This document shows positions 50,031 through 62,190 of a DNA stretch of 64,000 nt, one piece after another (within the stretch, counting starts at the first letter, position 1; every line of letters starts with the position of its first letter). Origin of the DNA: Octopus sinensis (Eukaryota); the NCBI RefSeq assembly GCF_006345805.1, contig NW_021835960.1, positions 1 through 64,000 on the forward strand, written 5' to 3'. Under the pieces are notes generated by a model. The model did not search any database, was not told the DNA's origin, and saw only the letters and a list, made by a program, of their open reading frames with translations. A program made the position numbers and the translations under genes.

Positions 50031-50837
50031 TTAAGACAGAAGGTTGTAACTTGAAGATCTGGCAGCTTTATTGTATTCTCTTGAGCAACTTCATTGAGGT
50101 TCCCACAATGCTTGTTAAAATTCTGTTTTACTACGTCAGCTCTGATTGAAGAGATTTATGATTGAAACCGTAGCAGTTGTGGCATCCAGTCTTTGTGTTT
50201 TTAGAACTAGATTTGTCTCTTGGTTTCTTAAGTGGTAGGTTATTATTTAAAAATTAAGTTGGCAACAGTTTCTGACAAGCTAACAACTGCATAGAACTTC
50301 TTAGATGTCACGAAAAGATAAAACACTTAGATTTCTCAAGTTGTGATGCATATTAGTACCAACATCACTAAGATATCGTGATCTGATGAGAACTTGTATG
50401 TTCAACATGATATGGTTGTAAACCAAGCTATGATTAAATCTTGTTTAGCTCCAGGTAAAGAAGATATAAAGTTTACTAGCAACATGATGAAGGGCAAACT
50501 AGCCATGACCATTCCATCTTTCAAGACATAATTCATCTCAGATTACAGTACCCAATACCTAGCAGTGACTCCCCTGCCTTTTTTCAAGATTATAAAGATT
50601 ACATTTTCTAGTATGTACTTTATTTAAGACAAGATATAATATGAGGAATATTTGGCTGCTATTTCTTTCAGGTCCAGCATTCACATAGACACTTCCACAT
50701 TGGTTCATATTACATTTTGCTTGTGTATCACAAGTTTCTGTGACACACAAGCAGGATCTATATCTATATGTGTGTGTGTGTGTGTATGTTTGTGTGTATG
50801 TCAGTCAGTCTTTGTATGTATGTGTGCATGCATTACT

Positions 50838-51073
50838 CTTTTTACTCTTTTACTTGTTTCAGTCATTTGACTGCGGCCATGCTAGAGCACCGTGTTTAGT
50901 CAAGCAAATCGACTCCAGAACTTATTCTTTGTAAGCCTAGTACTTATTCTATCGGTCTCTTTTGCTGAACTGCTAAGTAACGGGGACGTAAACACACCAG
51001 CATCGGTTGTCAAGCGATGTTGGGGTGACAAACACAGACACGCAAACAACATATACACACACATACATATATA

Positions 51074-51138
<65 letters not shown>

Positions 51139-51295
51139 CAGGCTTCTTTCAGTTTCCGTCTACCAAATCCACTCACAAGGCTTTGGTCGGCCAGAGGCTA
51201 TAGTAGAAGACACTTGCCCAAGGTGCCACACCATGGGACTGAACCCATAACTATGTGCTTGGTAAGCAAGCTACTTACCACACAGCCACTCCTGT
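50838..51295 (-). mobile_element. SINE family A, near full length
   Basis: Collinear with 1868-2256. Confidence 0.9.
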
Positions 51296-51661
51296 ATGTA
51301 TTGCTTTGTTTAAAAAAATCAAAGTTTTCTTCACTTTCTGCTTATTTGCCTGTTCTACTAAACTATTTTTTCGTATGTTGGTTATAAAATATGTATTTTA
51401 ATTTTAGCTATGAATAGATTCAAGGCCATGTGTTTTGAGGTGAATACTCCTGTATTTGACTGAAATATTCCCGTAGTTGACTATTATTTGTTTGAACTAC
51501 TACTGGATTGTCCACATGATTGCTTGACTACTTGCTAAAAGTAAAATGTCTCTCAAACAACACCTTGCATCAGATAACATAGTCTGGGGATAAGCTATTT
51601 CTGGAAAGTGGCTGGAATGATTTTGCTCCTAGGTCAGCTCCAGCAAGGCTGACTTGAGTGA

Positions 51662-51696
<35 letters not shown>

Positions 51697-52294
51697 TTTT
51701 TTAAACAACAAATGGTTCTTAATTTATCAATCCCAGGAAGATAAAAGTCAAGGTTGAGCTTCTTCTCAGAAAATAAATGAAAAGTAGAATAGTCACTCAA
51801 CTTCTTACAAATAGCTCCAAATCCCTCCTATATCACATCCTACCATCTTACAAAAATAAAAATAAAAAGATGAAAGGTAAGGAAAGAAGACAAAGGTTAA
51901 TGGAGTCCTAGATGCACTGTTTCTGGCGGCCTTGTCTTTTTGATCATTTGTTTGTTCAGTCTGGGCTGACCTAGGGTTAAATAACAGCATCAGCAAAAGA
52001 AGCAGACTAATGTAATAATTTGAGATTTATGTAATATTGGAGACTAATTAATAGGACTAGCTTCTCATTATATTAATTAGACTGTAAGTTAGAGAAATGA
52101 AGCTTCATTTCACATGTAATTACAGTTTAATTTTAAAAAATATAATGAATTTCTAATATGGTCACATGACCACACCACACCACTTGTTGAGAGAATAGTT
52201 GATTAAGTTGACCCTAGTGCTTCACTGGATGTCTATGTATTGGTCCCAAAAGGTTGAAAGGTAAAGTCAATTGAGGCAGGATTTAAACAGCTCC

Positions 52295-52571
52295 CATGAC
52301 TTTCGGAAACATTTTTTCACGCTCAGAGTTGCTGAAGCATGGAACAAACTGCCTGCGTCAGTTGTTGACTGCCAAGACACTGCATCCTTTAAGGCCCTCA
52401 TGCTTTCCGAAATCCGCCGAAACTACACCTGATTGTTCCCCTTCCATACTCATACACATATGTGTATGTCATGACTCATGCACTGTTCTTTTCCTGACGC
52501 TTGCACATTACTCTATGCACTATACATACACTTTAGATGAGTTGTAGTGCACCTGAGCACTGTACACAATG

Positions 52572-52610
<39 letters not shown>
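52295..52610 (+). mobile_element. CR1-clade LINE 3' end with (ATT)n tail
   Basis: HDFRKHFFTLRVAEAWNKLPASVVDCQDTASFKALMLSEIRRNYT*, 3' UTR, (att)n. Confidence 0.85.
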
Positions 52611-52612
<2 letters not shown>

Positions 52613-52919
52613 ATAGAATGTAACTAAAACCCACGGGGTATTGTGTCTGCTGCTGTATGCATGCTACCAACCCGCCACCAAATGTAGCAATTTACATATG
52701 GAAAACGGAAATGTAGAATAAACAGCATGTTCTATGATTTTTTCATTTTATTCCTTGTGAACATTTATTCATTGTGATTACTTTGGGTTGGGGCCTTTTG
52801 GATAACAATAGACAGTTGATAACATTAAGCAGGAGGCAAAACAATATCTTAACCATTTGAAAGTATTAGCTATGATTTTAGTTAGTGGATTTCTCTGAAT
52901 ATATATATATATATATATG

Positions 52920-53212
52920 ATGGTCTCTCCTGTTGTTAGATGGCGTATGAGGGTTCAACAGTTTCTTACTGAACAACCACGCTGATGATTTGTTTATAGT
53001 GATCAAAAGTTTGTGTAGACATAAGCCCACTCCCTTCATCAGATCGACATTACCCGTACAGGTGCAACAGATGCCACATGTCAGATGTTGAAATGATCGC
53101 AGAGCAACGTGAAATGAAGTGCTTTGCTCAAGAACACAATGCATTGTCCAGTCTGGGAATCGAACCCACGATCTTGCAATCGTGAGTGCAACACCTTGAC
53201 CACTAAGCCATG
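52920..53212 (-). mobile_element. SINE family C
   Basis: Reverse complement tggcttagtggtcaagg...gggttcgattcccagactggac...tgtgttcttgagcaaagcacttcatttcacgttgctc. Confidence 0.85.
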
Positions 53213-53957
53213 TGTCTTCACACACACACACACACACGTATATTGCTTTCCAAGTTCATGGTTTTCCGTTCAGTTTGACTGCATGGCATCTTGGATTGGT
53301 ATCTTCTACTACTACAGCCTCCACCTAACCTGGACCTTACAAGTGGATTTGGTAGATAGAGACTTAAAAACTCATTATGTGGATACGTTTGTGTTTTCTT
53401 GTGTTGACACAATGATAATTGCAAATGGATGACATTTCATACAGGCAGTGTCATACATTTCCAGTATTCTATGAAAATATGTCCAGCCAGAGGGAGACAT
53501 ATTGCTCGGAAACCGGTGAGTGTTGGTGTCTCAAAGGGAATTCATCTGTAGAAAAACCTACCTCAATAAATTCCATCTGACCCATGCAAGCATGGAAAAG
53601 GTTGTTAATACACAGATAATAATAGCAATGATATATATTTAAAGATGACAACTGTCACTCACAAGTGAGCACGACTTGGGAGTGTGTGCTTGGCTTTAGC
53701 TAATTGTTTTAGGTGCCTACGTAGTTGCACACAGACATAAACATTCCACCCCACCTCCCTTGGCATTCCCTCTCTTGACCTAGCAGAATATCCACCACGT
53801 GTCAGCATTCGGCTGATAATCATTTCAGTTGAGCAAACTGGAGCAGCATGAACTGAATCCCATTACTTAAGGATACAACTTATTGCCCACTCTAGTCGAA
53901 GAATCAAACCCATGAGCTTAGGATTAGAAGCTCAACACTCAAACCATTGGGGGTCAC

Positions 53958-53993
<36 letters not shown>

Positions 53994-54692
53994 CAGTGAT
54001 ACCTCACTGTACAAATTTAATTTGTTCCAAGACTGGGCTCATGTTACAATTGAAATTAACTAAAATATAATTAATCTGTTCCAGCCCCACAAAACCACTC
54101 GAAAATAATTTTTTGTGGGTTTTAAAACAGAAAAAGTGTAGCTGCAAGTAAAATGACAATTATCAAAAAAGAGGATGCAAAAGAAATATGTAAACTGGTT
54201 TTATTAACTGAATTACCTTAAAGATGGGACAATTTGTGTGCTTGTACTGTGGATTTCCGCTCATACTTCAAGACAAAAATTTGCATGAATCTTGGCCTGT
54301 ACTGTAAATGACTCATACAATGGGGCAGTCGTACTGTGAGGTTCTACTGTGTATATATGTTTGGGTGGCACGTAAAAAGCACCCACTACACTCACGGAGT
54401 GGTTGGCGTTAGAAAGGGCATCCAGCTGTAGAAACACTGCCAGATCAGACTGGGCCTGATGCAGCCTTCTGGCTTCACAGACTCCAGTTGAACCGTCCAA
54501 CCCATGCTAGCATGGAAAGCGGACGCTAAATGATGATGATGATGATGATGATGATATATATATCCCTCCTTCTTCCCTTCTTTCCTGAGCGTCCAATAAT
54601 TCTTTAATTGTTCCACGTCCTTGCGTTGTTGTGTTTTTTTTTTTTTTTTTTTTTTCTTGTTTGGATTAACTTTATATATATATATATATATA

Positions 54693-55083
54693 CTAGCAGC
54701 ATTGCCCAGCGTTGCTTGGATTTGTTTCGACCCTTTAGAATTGGAATTTTTGTAAAATAAAAATTTTGCATTATGTAGCTTGTTATTCTCTTTAAGTGAA
54801 CATTTTTCTCGTTGAAATACACCATAAAATGGCGACACAGCAGTAAAAAGATCGTAAAAAGTAGGGATTTTCATAGAAAAAAAGCACCTTTTTGATGTAA
54901 ATAATTTTTGGTGTTAACATGGTCTGATTTGAATTTTTTCTTCTACAGAAGGAAGAGCAAGCCTTCTTCTATCATACTCTCAATTTGGTCAACTTGCCCT
55001 GCAGGGTCTCAGAGGAGATAGTGTTAGTTGAAGGCTACCAAACCTGCTATACACAGACAACTTCAGCTTTATATCTATAGAGA
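54693..55083 (-). mobile_element. non-autonomous Helitron sharing its 3' end with 34192-35868
   Basis: Minus strand A|TCtctatagatataaag ... ccaagcaacgctgggcaatgctgCTAG|T. Confidence 0.85.
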
Positions 55084-55553
55084 TAGGTATATATTTATAT
55101 ATATAATTGCACAAATATAGGTAACCTAATAGAATTGTCAATTTGTCAATATTTAATTGAATAATTTATGTAATTCCTAAACTACTTATGAATTATATGA
55201 TAATGGTAAGTAAACAGCTGCAATTAAATGAATAGGCTACTGTTTATAGACTACAATAATAGCTTTATCTGTGGTAATTAGGAAAGCTCTAATAGCAAAA
55301 TAGTAATACAAATAATAAAGCAATGGAATAAATTTTATGTGTTGAGAAGGAATAGAAGTCTAAACATTTTGGACATTGTCATTCTTCAGAAAAAGAATAT
55401 AAGAAATACTCTCTTACTCTTTACTCTTTTACTTGTTTCAGTCATTTGACTGTGGCCATGCTGGAGAACTGCCTTTAGTCGAACAAATCGACCCCAGAAC
55501 TTATTCTTTGTAAGTCTAGTACTTATTCTATCATGAAATTGTTACATTATACG

Positions 55554-55676
55554 GTGTGTTATGAGAAGATGTTAAAATTTAAAAGAATTTTAAATTTTAA
55601 CATCTTCTCTTCTCCATTTTTTAACATACTTGTTGAGTTTCTATGGGACACCTTTCCATAAATTCTCATAACACTC
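55554..55676. mobile_element. small MITE-like fold-back with internal 22-bp perfect hairpin
   Basis: gtgtgttatgagaa / ttctcataacactc termini; gagaagatgttaaaatttaaaa-gaa-ttttaaattttaacatcttctc. Confidence 0.65.
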
Positions 55677-55679
55677 ACA

Positions 55680-55722
<43 letters not shown>

Positions 55723-55759
55723 TGTTGTAATTTGCTTGAAGCATTGTATATTGTTTGTA

Positions 55760-55915
55760 AAGAATAAAAAGGTTCGAATAGTACAACAATGCACTATAAT
55801 ATAGACAATGGGCTATCCAAAATATCATATCAAACTATGGATGACTAAATTACAACAGGTAATTTAGTCATGCCTATATTATAGTGCATTGTTGTACCAT
55901 TCAAAACTTTTTATT

Positions 55916-55918
<3 letters not shown>
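55760..55918. repeat. fold-back: ~50-bp terminal inverted repeats plus internal 13-bp hairpin
   Basis: aagaataaaaaggttcgaatagtacaacaatgcactataatatag versus its near reverse complement; atgactaaattac-aacag-gtaatttagtcat. Confidence 0.8.
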
Positions 55919-55967
<49 letters not shown>

Positions 55968-56779
55968 TCTATGTATCAAGGCCAGTTACTGTAGTATTTG
56001 TCCTGAGATAACATCTGTTTTGGACATTCTGTGTGTAAAACAATATATATATATCAGCGTGAAAGAAAGAAAGACAAAAATTTGTTTCGGTAGCTGCCAG
56101 TGTGAATAGCAGATGCATTTCAGTTTTTTGGAGCCTTTTCAATGGCTTGTACCCACAGCTAGCTACATGTTTAGGTTAGAAATCATGTCTCTGATATAGA
56201 AAACATTGAATAAAACATTCACTGATATTGTGAGTAACTGCTTCAGTATACGCAGTTGAGACAATATTACGTTAAAATAGCCATCTGTGTATGATACTTA
56301 ATGTATAAATATTGTTGATAGGCCAAATGCTATGATATATGTCCTGAGCGAATATCTTGTGTGTGTTTATACATATATATTTTAAGAGAGAGAGGAAGAG
56401 CAAGTGAGAGCTGAAGGAATTTATGTATCAAGTAGAACATGATACAAATAAATGATAGAATTGGATCAGGATTTTGTGGGGTAAGATGTCAATGAGAATG
56501 GATGAGAGTTGATTGTGGATCAGGTCAAGTGAGGTGAGTGAAGTGACAATGAAATGGTAAGGGGTGAACGGAGGGACGCACAAAAACACACGCACACACC
56601 AAAATAAAACAAAATGGAAAGAGAAAGACAATGGTAAGGACGGCTAACAGAAGAAAGAAATCTGTAAGATTGATCAGATATGTTATTATTTAGCTCCAGG
56701 TCAAACAAGTAGGTTGTGATCACAGATATTCTAGCTGTGTCTTTTTAAGGGATATATGTTCATTCAATCGTCACTCTTT

Positions 56780-57060
56780 TCAAGCCTTGCCAGGATCATG
56801 GGCCCGGTTTCTGTGGTGTATGTGTTCCCCCCAGCTGGATGGGACACCAGTTCATTACAGCGTTACTCAAGAAAGAGGAAGAGAGAGTGAGAGAAAGTTG
56901 TGGTGAAAGAGTACAACAGGGGTCGCCACCACCCCTGCCGTTGCCTTGTGGAGGTTTTTTAAGTGTTTTCACTCAATAAACAACGGCCGGTCTGGGAATC
57001 GAAACCACGATCCTCTGACCACAAGTTCACTGTCCTAACCACTGGGCCATTGCGCTCCAC
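56780..57060 (-). mobile_element. tRNA-derived SINE (family C related)
   Basis: Reverse complement tggcccagtggttagg...gtttcgattcccagacc...tgtaatgaactggtgtcccatccagctggggg. Confidence 0.8.
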
Positions 57061-57665
57061 AATTTTTAAGGGATATGTAGGACTACATTAACTTGTGTTT
57101 TTCTCTTTTTTCTTTGGTTTTTAAAACATGAGGGTGTGACTTGAATGATATTTGGTTGTTATTTCTAGAAGATTGAATAACCATGTAGAGACTTCCTTTA
57201 TCGTTTATGTAGACTTTAGCTGTTGACTATTTATAGTCACTGTTTACAGCCATTAGCTATTTGTCACTTTACAGCTGTCATGTAAAAAGACAAATCTTGT
57301 TACAATCCAGTATGTAGACACAGCCAACAGCTGTCACAGCCTGTTGCAGACAGCTACCTTGATGTTCACTATAAACTTTATGCAGACAGTATTTGCAGTT
57401 GTGAACTTCATTGTAGATACTGCCTGTTGCTTTTAACTTTTTAGGTACTACCCACAGCTTTAAGATAATATCATATCAACACTTAACACTTATGTTCTCT
57501 ATCCTTACTGTCTTGACCAGGAATGTTCTTTACTTATTTCTCTACATGTGATGCTGCTGGTTTCTTATTCTTCTGCTTGTGATGCTGTAAGTTTGTTATG
57601 CTTCAGAGTATGACTAGTGGACTGTATCCATGCCGACCTCATTAAACTAGTACTCTTAACATGTT

Positions 57666-57717
<52 letters not shown>

Positions 57718-57720
<3 letters not shown>

Positions 57721-57984
57721 TAAAAATGGTAAGATAACAAAAGAAAGAAAGAGACCTCAATATTATGTCAATAGAGGAAATTTATCTGCAAATTAATATG
57801 TTTCTATTATTCAATAGCCAAGATAAAACTCTGAGTTTCAGATGCCGAAGTGGAAATCCACAACACCATCTCTTCAGATGGCCAGATAACCGAAGAGATG
57901 GTGTTGTGGATTTCCACTTCGGCATCCGAAACTCAGAGTTTTATCTTGGCTATTGAATAATGGTAACATATTAATTTACAGATA
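57718..57984. mobile_element. Penelope-like fold-back element with hammerhead ribozyme motif, inserted in (TA)n
   Basis: ~93-bp near-perfect arms (57783-57875 / 57892-57984), 16-nt loop; arm reads C(C/T)GAAGA-GATG..CATC-GAAAC-TCAGA-GTT-TTATCTTGGC. Confidence 0.7.
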
Positions 57985-58060
57985 TATATATATATATATA
58001 TATATACTTCATCATGGTCTTGTCTGTGATGGTTAAAACATACTAAAAAAACCATATGTA

Positions 58061-58277
58061 CAACGGGGTGCTGAAAAGTTCCTGGTTTCAAGGGTATCAC
58101 AAAAGGCCTGGTTGGAGGCCCAACCATCTGAGTTCTTTTACAGGGCTTAGAAAAACTGAAGGACTACTGCAATAAGTGTGTGAATCTGAGAGTGGAATGT
58201 GTTCAATAAAATCGTAATTAACTGATCCTTCCATGTTTGCTTTTACCCAAAGTCAGGAACTTTTTAGTACTCTCTCA
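58061..58277 (+). mobile_element. mariner-derived MITE
   Basis: TA|caacggggtgctgaaaagttcct TIR; QGLEKLKDYCNKCVNLRVECVQ* (58141-58209) matches the mariner transposase C-terminus. Confidence 0.8.
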
Positions 58278-58675
58278 TACATATGCATGCATACACACAC
58301 ACACACACATACTGTAATTAACAAAATTGAAGAAAATGACAAAACGAAGCGGTCAAATTTCAATAAGATAATATGCATGCACAGCACAATCTGTTTCTAG
58401 GGTTTGTCTGTTTATATTTCTATTTCCATATTAATATACATAAGTTCAGTTTCTGGGTTAATCAAACTATATGTAATCTGAGTGAAATGTAATGAAAGTG
58501 GTATCACAAACAGTCGACTGACTAATAAGGATATCCCTGGGTCTGCCTCCTCCATACATTCCCTTCACAATTGGAGATCAGCCACCCACTTAAACACACA
58601 TACATGTATGTATATGTATTCTACACTACATATTTCCCTTATTAATAGGAAACACCTACATTATTAGCTACAATT

Positions 58676-59113
58676 AAGGTGGCGAGCTGGAAGAATCGCT
58701 AGCACTCTGGGTGAAATGCTTAGCAGTATTTCGTCTGTTTTTACATTCTGAATTCAAGTTCCACCGAGATCGACTTTGCTTTTCATCCTTTCGAAGTTGA
58801 TTAAATAAGTACCAGTTACACACTGGGGTCAATGTAATGGACTTAATCCCCCTCCCCACCAAGCTCCCCTTGTGGAAAAACTTTGAAATCATTATTAATT
58901 ACAATTCTTTTCTACTCTCGGCACAAGGCCTAAAACTTTGGGGGAGGGAGCCAGTCGATTAGATCGACCCCAGTATGCAACTAGTACTTAATTTATTGCC
59001 TCCGAAAGAATGAAAGGCAAAGTCAATCTCGGCAGAATTTGAACTCAGAACGTAGCAACAGACGAAATACCGCTAAGCATTTCATCCGGCGTGCTGATGT
59101 TTCTGCCAGCTTA
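58676..59113. mobile_element. tail-to-tail pair of SINE family B copies
   Basis: + copy 58676-58890, - copy ~58900-59113. Confidence 0.85.
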
Positions 59114-59199
59114 CTACCCTTTTATTAACTACAATTATTATACTCCCAACTAGTTTTTTCCATTCCCAATGCTGCCGTTTTTTGACCACACTATGACGA

Positions 59200-59358
59200 T
59201 ATAGTTCTATATTCAAGAGACGAGGAATTATGTACATTATTTACATTTGACGGATATTTGTCTTCATCTTGTTTGTTGTTAACACAATGTTTCAGCTGAT
59301 ATACCCTCCAGCCTTCATCAGGTGTCTTGGGGAAATTTTGAACCTGAGTATTTTTCGA

Positions 59359-59390
<32 letters not shown>

Positions 59391-59677
59391 TCACTGCCTG
59401 GAATCGAACTTGGAATCTTGGGGTTAGTAGTCCACGCTCTTAAGTGGTTAAGAGTGCGGGCTACTAACCCCAAGATTCCGAGTTCGATTCCAGGCAGTGA
59501 CCTGAATAATAATAATAATAATAATAATAACATCGAAAAATACCTTAGGAATGAGAACCCAGGTTCGAAAATTTTCCAAGACACCTGATGAAGGCTGGAG
59601 GGTATATCAGCTGAAACGTTGTGTTAATAACAAACAAGATGAAGACAAATATCCCTCAAATGTAAATAATGTACACT
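59200..59677. mobile_element. head-to-head palindrome of a tRNA-headed, hammerhead-bearing retroelement
   Basis: ~215-230-bp arms around gtgg (59444-59447); each arm has a partial A-box, B-box GTTCGATTCC, (AAT)n, hammerhead motif and tail. Confidence 0.85.
59580..59625 (+). ncRNA. minimal type I hammerhead ribozyme motif
   Basis: GACAC-CTGATGA-A-GGCTG-gagggtatat-CAGCT-GAAAC-GTT^GTGTT: stem I GACAC/GTGTT, stem II GGCTG/CAGCT, palindromic ACGT stem III. Confidence 0.75.
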
Positions 59678-59959
59678 ATGAGGATATTTTTATTTTTAAA
59701 CTGAAACCAACAAAGTTTGTGCTAATTTAGCTGGATTCTTAGAATTGTAAGAAAGAAACTCAGTGAACAAAATTTTGGACTTCTTGCTTACAACTGTGCA
59801 TTTGGATTCAATCCAGGTTTTTGATGAGAGTTCCGCTCCTGGTATTTACTGCATTTTAGTTTGTTTTAACAGAATATCCACATTGGGGATAAATATTACC
59901 TCTCAGTTTTTGATTAACTTTCTTGGTAAACCACTTTATTCTACATTATCAGTCTTGGA

Positions 59960-60260
59960 AGGCATATGGCTTAGTGGTTAAGGGTTCTCGATTGTAAGGT
60001 CGTGAGTTTGATTCCCTGTGGCACATTGTATCCTTGAGCTAGACACTTTATTTTACATCGCTACAGTTCATTCAGCTGGCAAAAATGGGTAGTACCTGTA
60101 TTTCAAAGAGCCAGCCCTGTCATATTCTGTGTCACGATGAATCTCCATGAGAACTACATTAAGGGTATGCATGTCTGTGGAACACTCAGCCACTTGCATG
60201 TTAATTTCATGAGCAGGCTGATTTGTTGATTGGATCAACTGGAATTCTTATTGTAACCAA
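59960..60260 (+). mobile_element. SINE family C variant
   Basis: tggcttagtggttaaggg...gagtttgattccc...tatccttgagctagacactttatttt...cagctggcaaaaatgggtagtacctg. Confidence 0.8.
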
Positions 60261-61950
60261 TGAAGTACCTGGTATCGGTTTGATGAAGTATCAGGAATAT
60301 GAATGCTACCTGTGATAGATTGGTATCTCATTTAGATGTGGGGGTGGATATTCAGATTTATCCCTTATCTGCTTCATATCACGAAACCAGAGCCTAAAGA
60401 CTGTGGTCCTTAAAATCTCTTAGGACTTCATAAAAGTATTTGCATATTTTTCATTAAACCAGTCTATTTATGAAGAGTGGCACTTTTAGATCAATGTCAA
60501 TCTGATACCAAATATCATAAATACTGTATTTGTCACTCTTTGCACTGACATCCCAGATTCTTTAAATTTCTTCATGGTGTTTTCATATCTTAGATTTCAT
60601 TCCCATTAGACTAGTATGCTACTATTTTTCATCAGTTTTTGATACTTCTAGTGAGCTAAACGAACATGTACGTGTACACACACATGCACATGCATACAGA
60701 CAAGCACAAGCAGTATCAAATATTCACACAAATACTTACACATTTATGTTGTTGTATATACAAGTGTTTCACTGTCCCTATGTAACGAACTATAATGACT
60801 CATTCTTAGTCCAGTTCCATTAAATAATAATCTGTTGATACAGTATCCCTAAAAGAAAAAAATAATATTTCCTTCAGTTTAATCATTTGTTTGCTGCATG
60901 AAAACAAAAAGTACATGATGAATTCAATAAAGAATCATCTGTTGTACAGTCCCAGATCAGATTTGATTGAGCTTACCTATAACCAAGGCACTCTTAGCTG
61001 TGACCAGCTTTATTTTGGAGATGTTTTTGTGTCTGGTGAGTGATTTGATCTCAGAGTGTGTGTTGAAATTAAAACAATTGCGGGTGGGAGTGACACATAC
61101 CAGTCATACAAAAATATGTTTTTGAATAACTTATATATATCTTCCACACTGTTAATGCATCTTCATTTTTTTGTTTCTCTAAATCATGGACTTCGTTGTC
61201 TAAAGTATCTTGCTTTATTTGAGACAGTAAGATTTAGTTTTGAAGGAGGCTTGGATACCATTTCTAACAGGTTGAGTGACTGTGTAGTTGCTTCCTTCTT
61301 GGCACCATTAGTGGTTGTTAATGTTTGCTCCAGGTCATCTATGATCAAAGGTGTTCCAGCCATGCCCATCCCATCTTTTCAGATATAGTTTTTCTCACAT
61401 TATTGAAAAGGACGATGGATTGGTAGAATCATTAGTGTTGGATAAAATATTTGTTCCAGATCTTTATATTAGAAGCTCAAATCCTGCTGCAGTCAGCTTT
61501 GCTCTTCATCCATTCAAAGTTAATAAAATAAAGTTACCAGTTTCAGAGCTGTGAATTGGTGGAATTGTTAGCACACTGGGCAAAGTCATTATTATCATCA
61601 TTATTGTTATAACATCCACCTTTCCATGCTTGCATGGGTCAGATGGAATTTATTGACCAAGGTAGACTTTCTGTGGCCTAATACCTTTCTTGTCACTAAC
61701 TCTGAACCTGGAACCATGTGGTTGGTAAACAAGCTACTTACCTCACAGCCACTCCTGCGCCTATGGTAGGCTTCATTCAGTTTCCATCTTGCAATTCCAC
61801 TCACAAGGCTTTGGGTTGGTCCTGAGCTATAGTAGAGGACACTTGTTCAAACACACAGTGGGACTGAACTCAAGACCACGTGGTTGGGGAAGCCAGCTTC
61901 TCTATCACTCAGCCACGCTTGTGCCTGTCTTGTGGTATTTCTTCTCATCT

Positions 61951-62190
61951 AAGGTGGCGAGCTGGTAGAATTGTTAGCACGCCAGGTGAAATGCGTAGCC
62001 GTATTTCGTCTACCGTTACGTTCGGAGTTCAAATTCTACCGAGGTCAACTTTGCCTTTCATCCTTTTGGGGTCGATAAATTAAGTACCAATTACGCACTG
62101 GGGTCAATGTAATCGACTTAATCCATTTGTTAGTCCTTGTTTGTCCCCTCTGTGTGTAGCCCCTTGTGGGTAGTAAAGAAATAGGTATTT
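61951..62190 (+). mobile_element. SINE family B, full length
   Basis: aaggtggcgagctggtagaattgttagcacgccagg...ggagttcaaattc...gcctttcatccttttggggtcgataaattaagtacc...gtgggtagtaaagaaatagg. Confidence 0.9.

Noticed and set aside
50380-50420. CTGATGA followed by a gaac/gttc stem, hammerhead-like
   Set aside because: No GAAA after the stem and no stem I partner.
53155-53212. tRNA-like sequences (also 57000-57055, 59444-59500, 7330-7390)
   Set aside because: A/B boxes present but acceptor and anticodon stems do not close, and SINE bodies follow; SINE heads, not tRNA genes.
59318-59588. Near-identical ORFs on both strands
   Set aside because: Artefact of the palindromic element; not coding.
60300-60650. 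Apparent long minus-strand reading frame
   Set aside because: On careful translation it has multiple stops and no recognisable motif.
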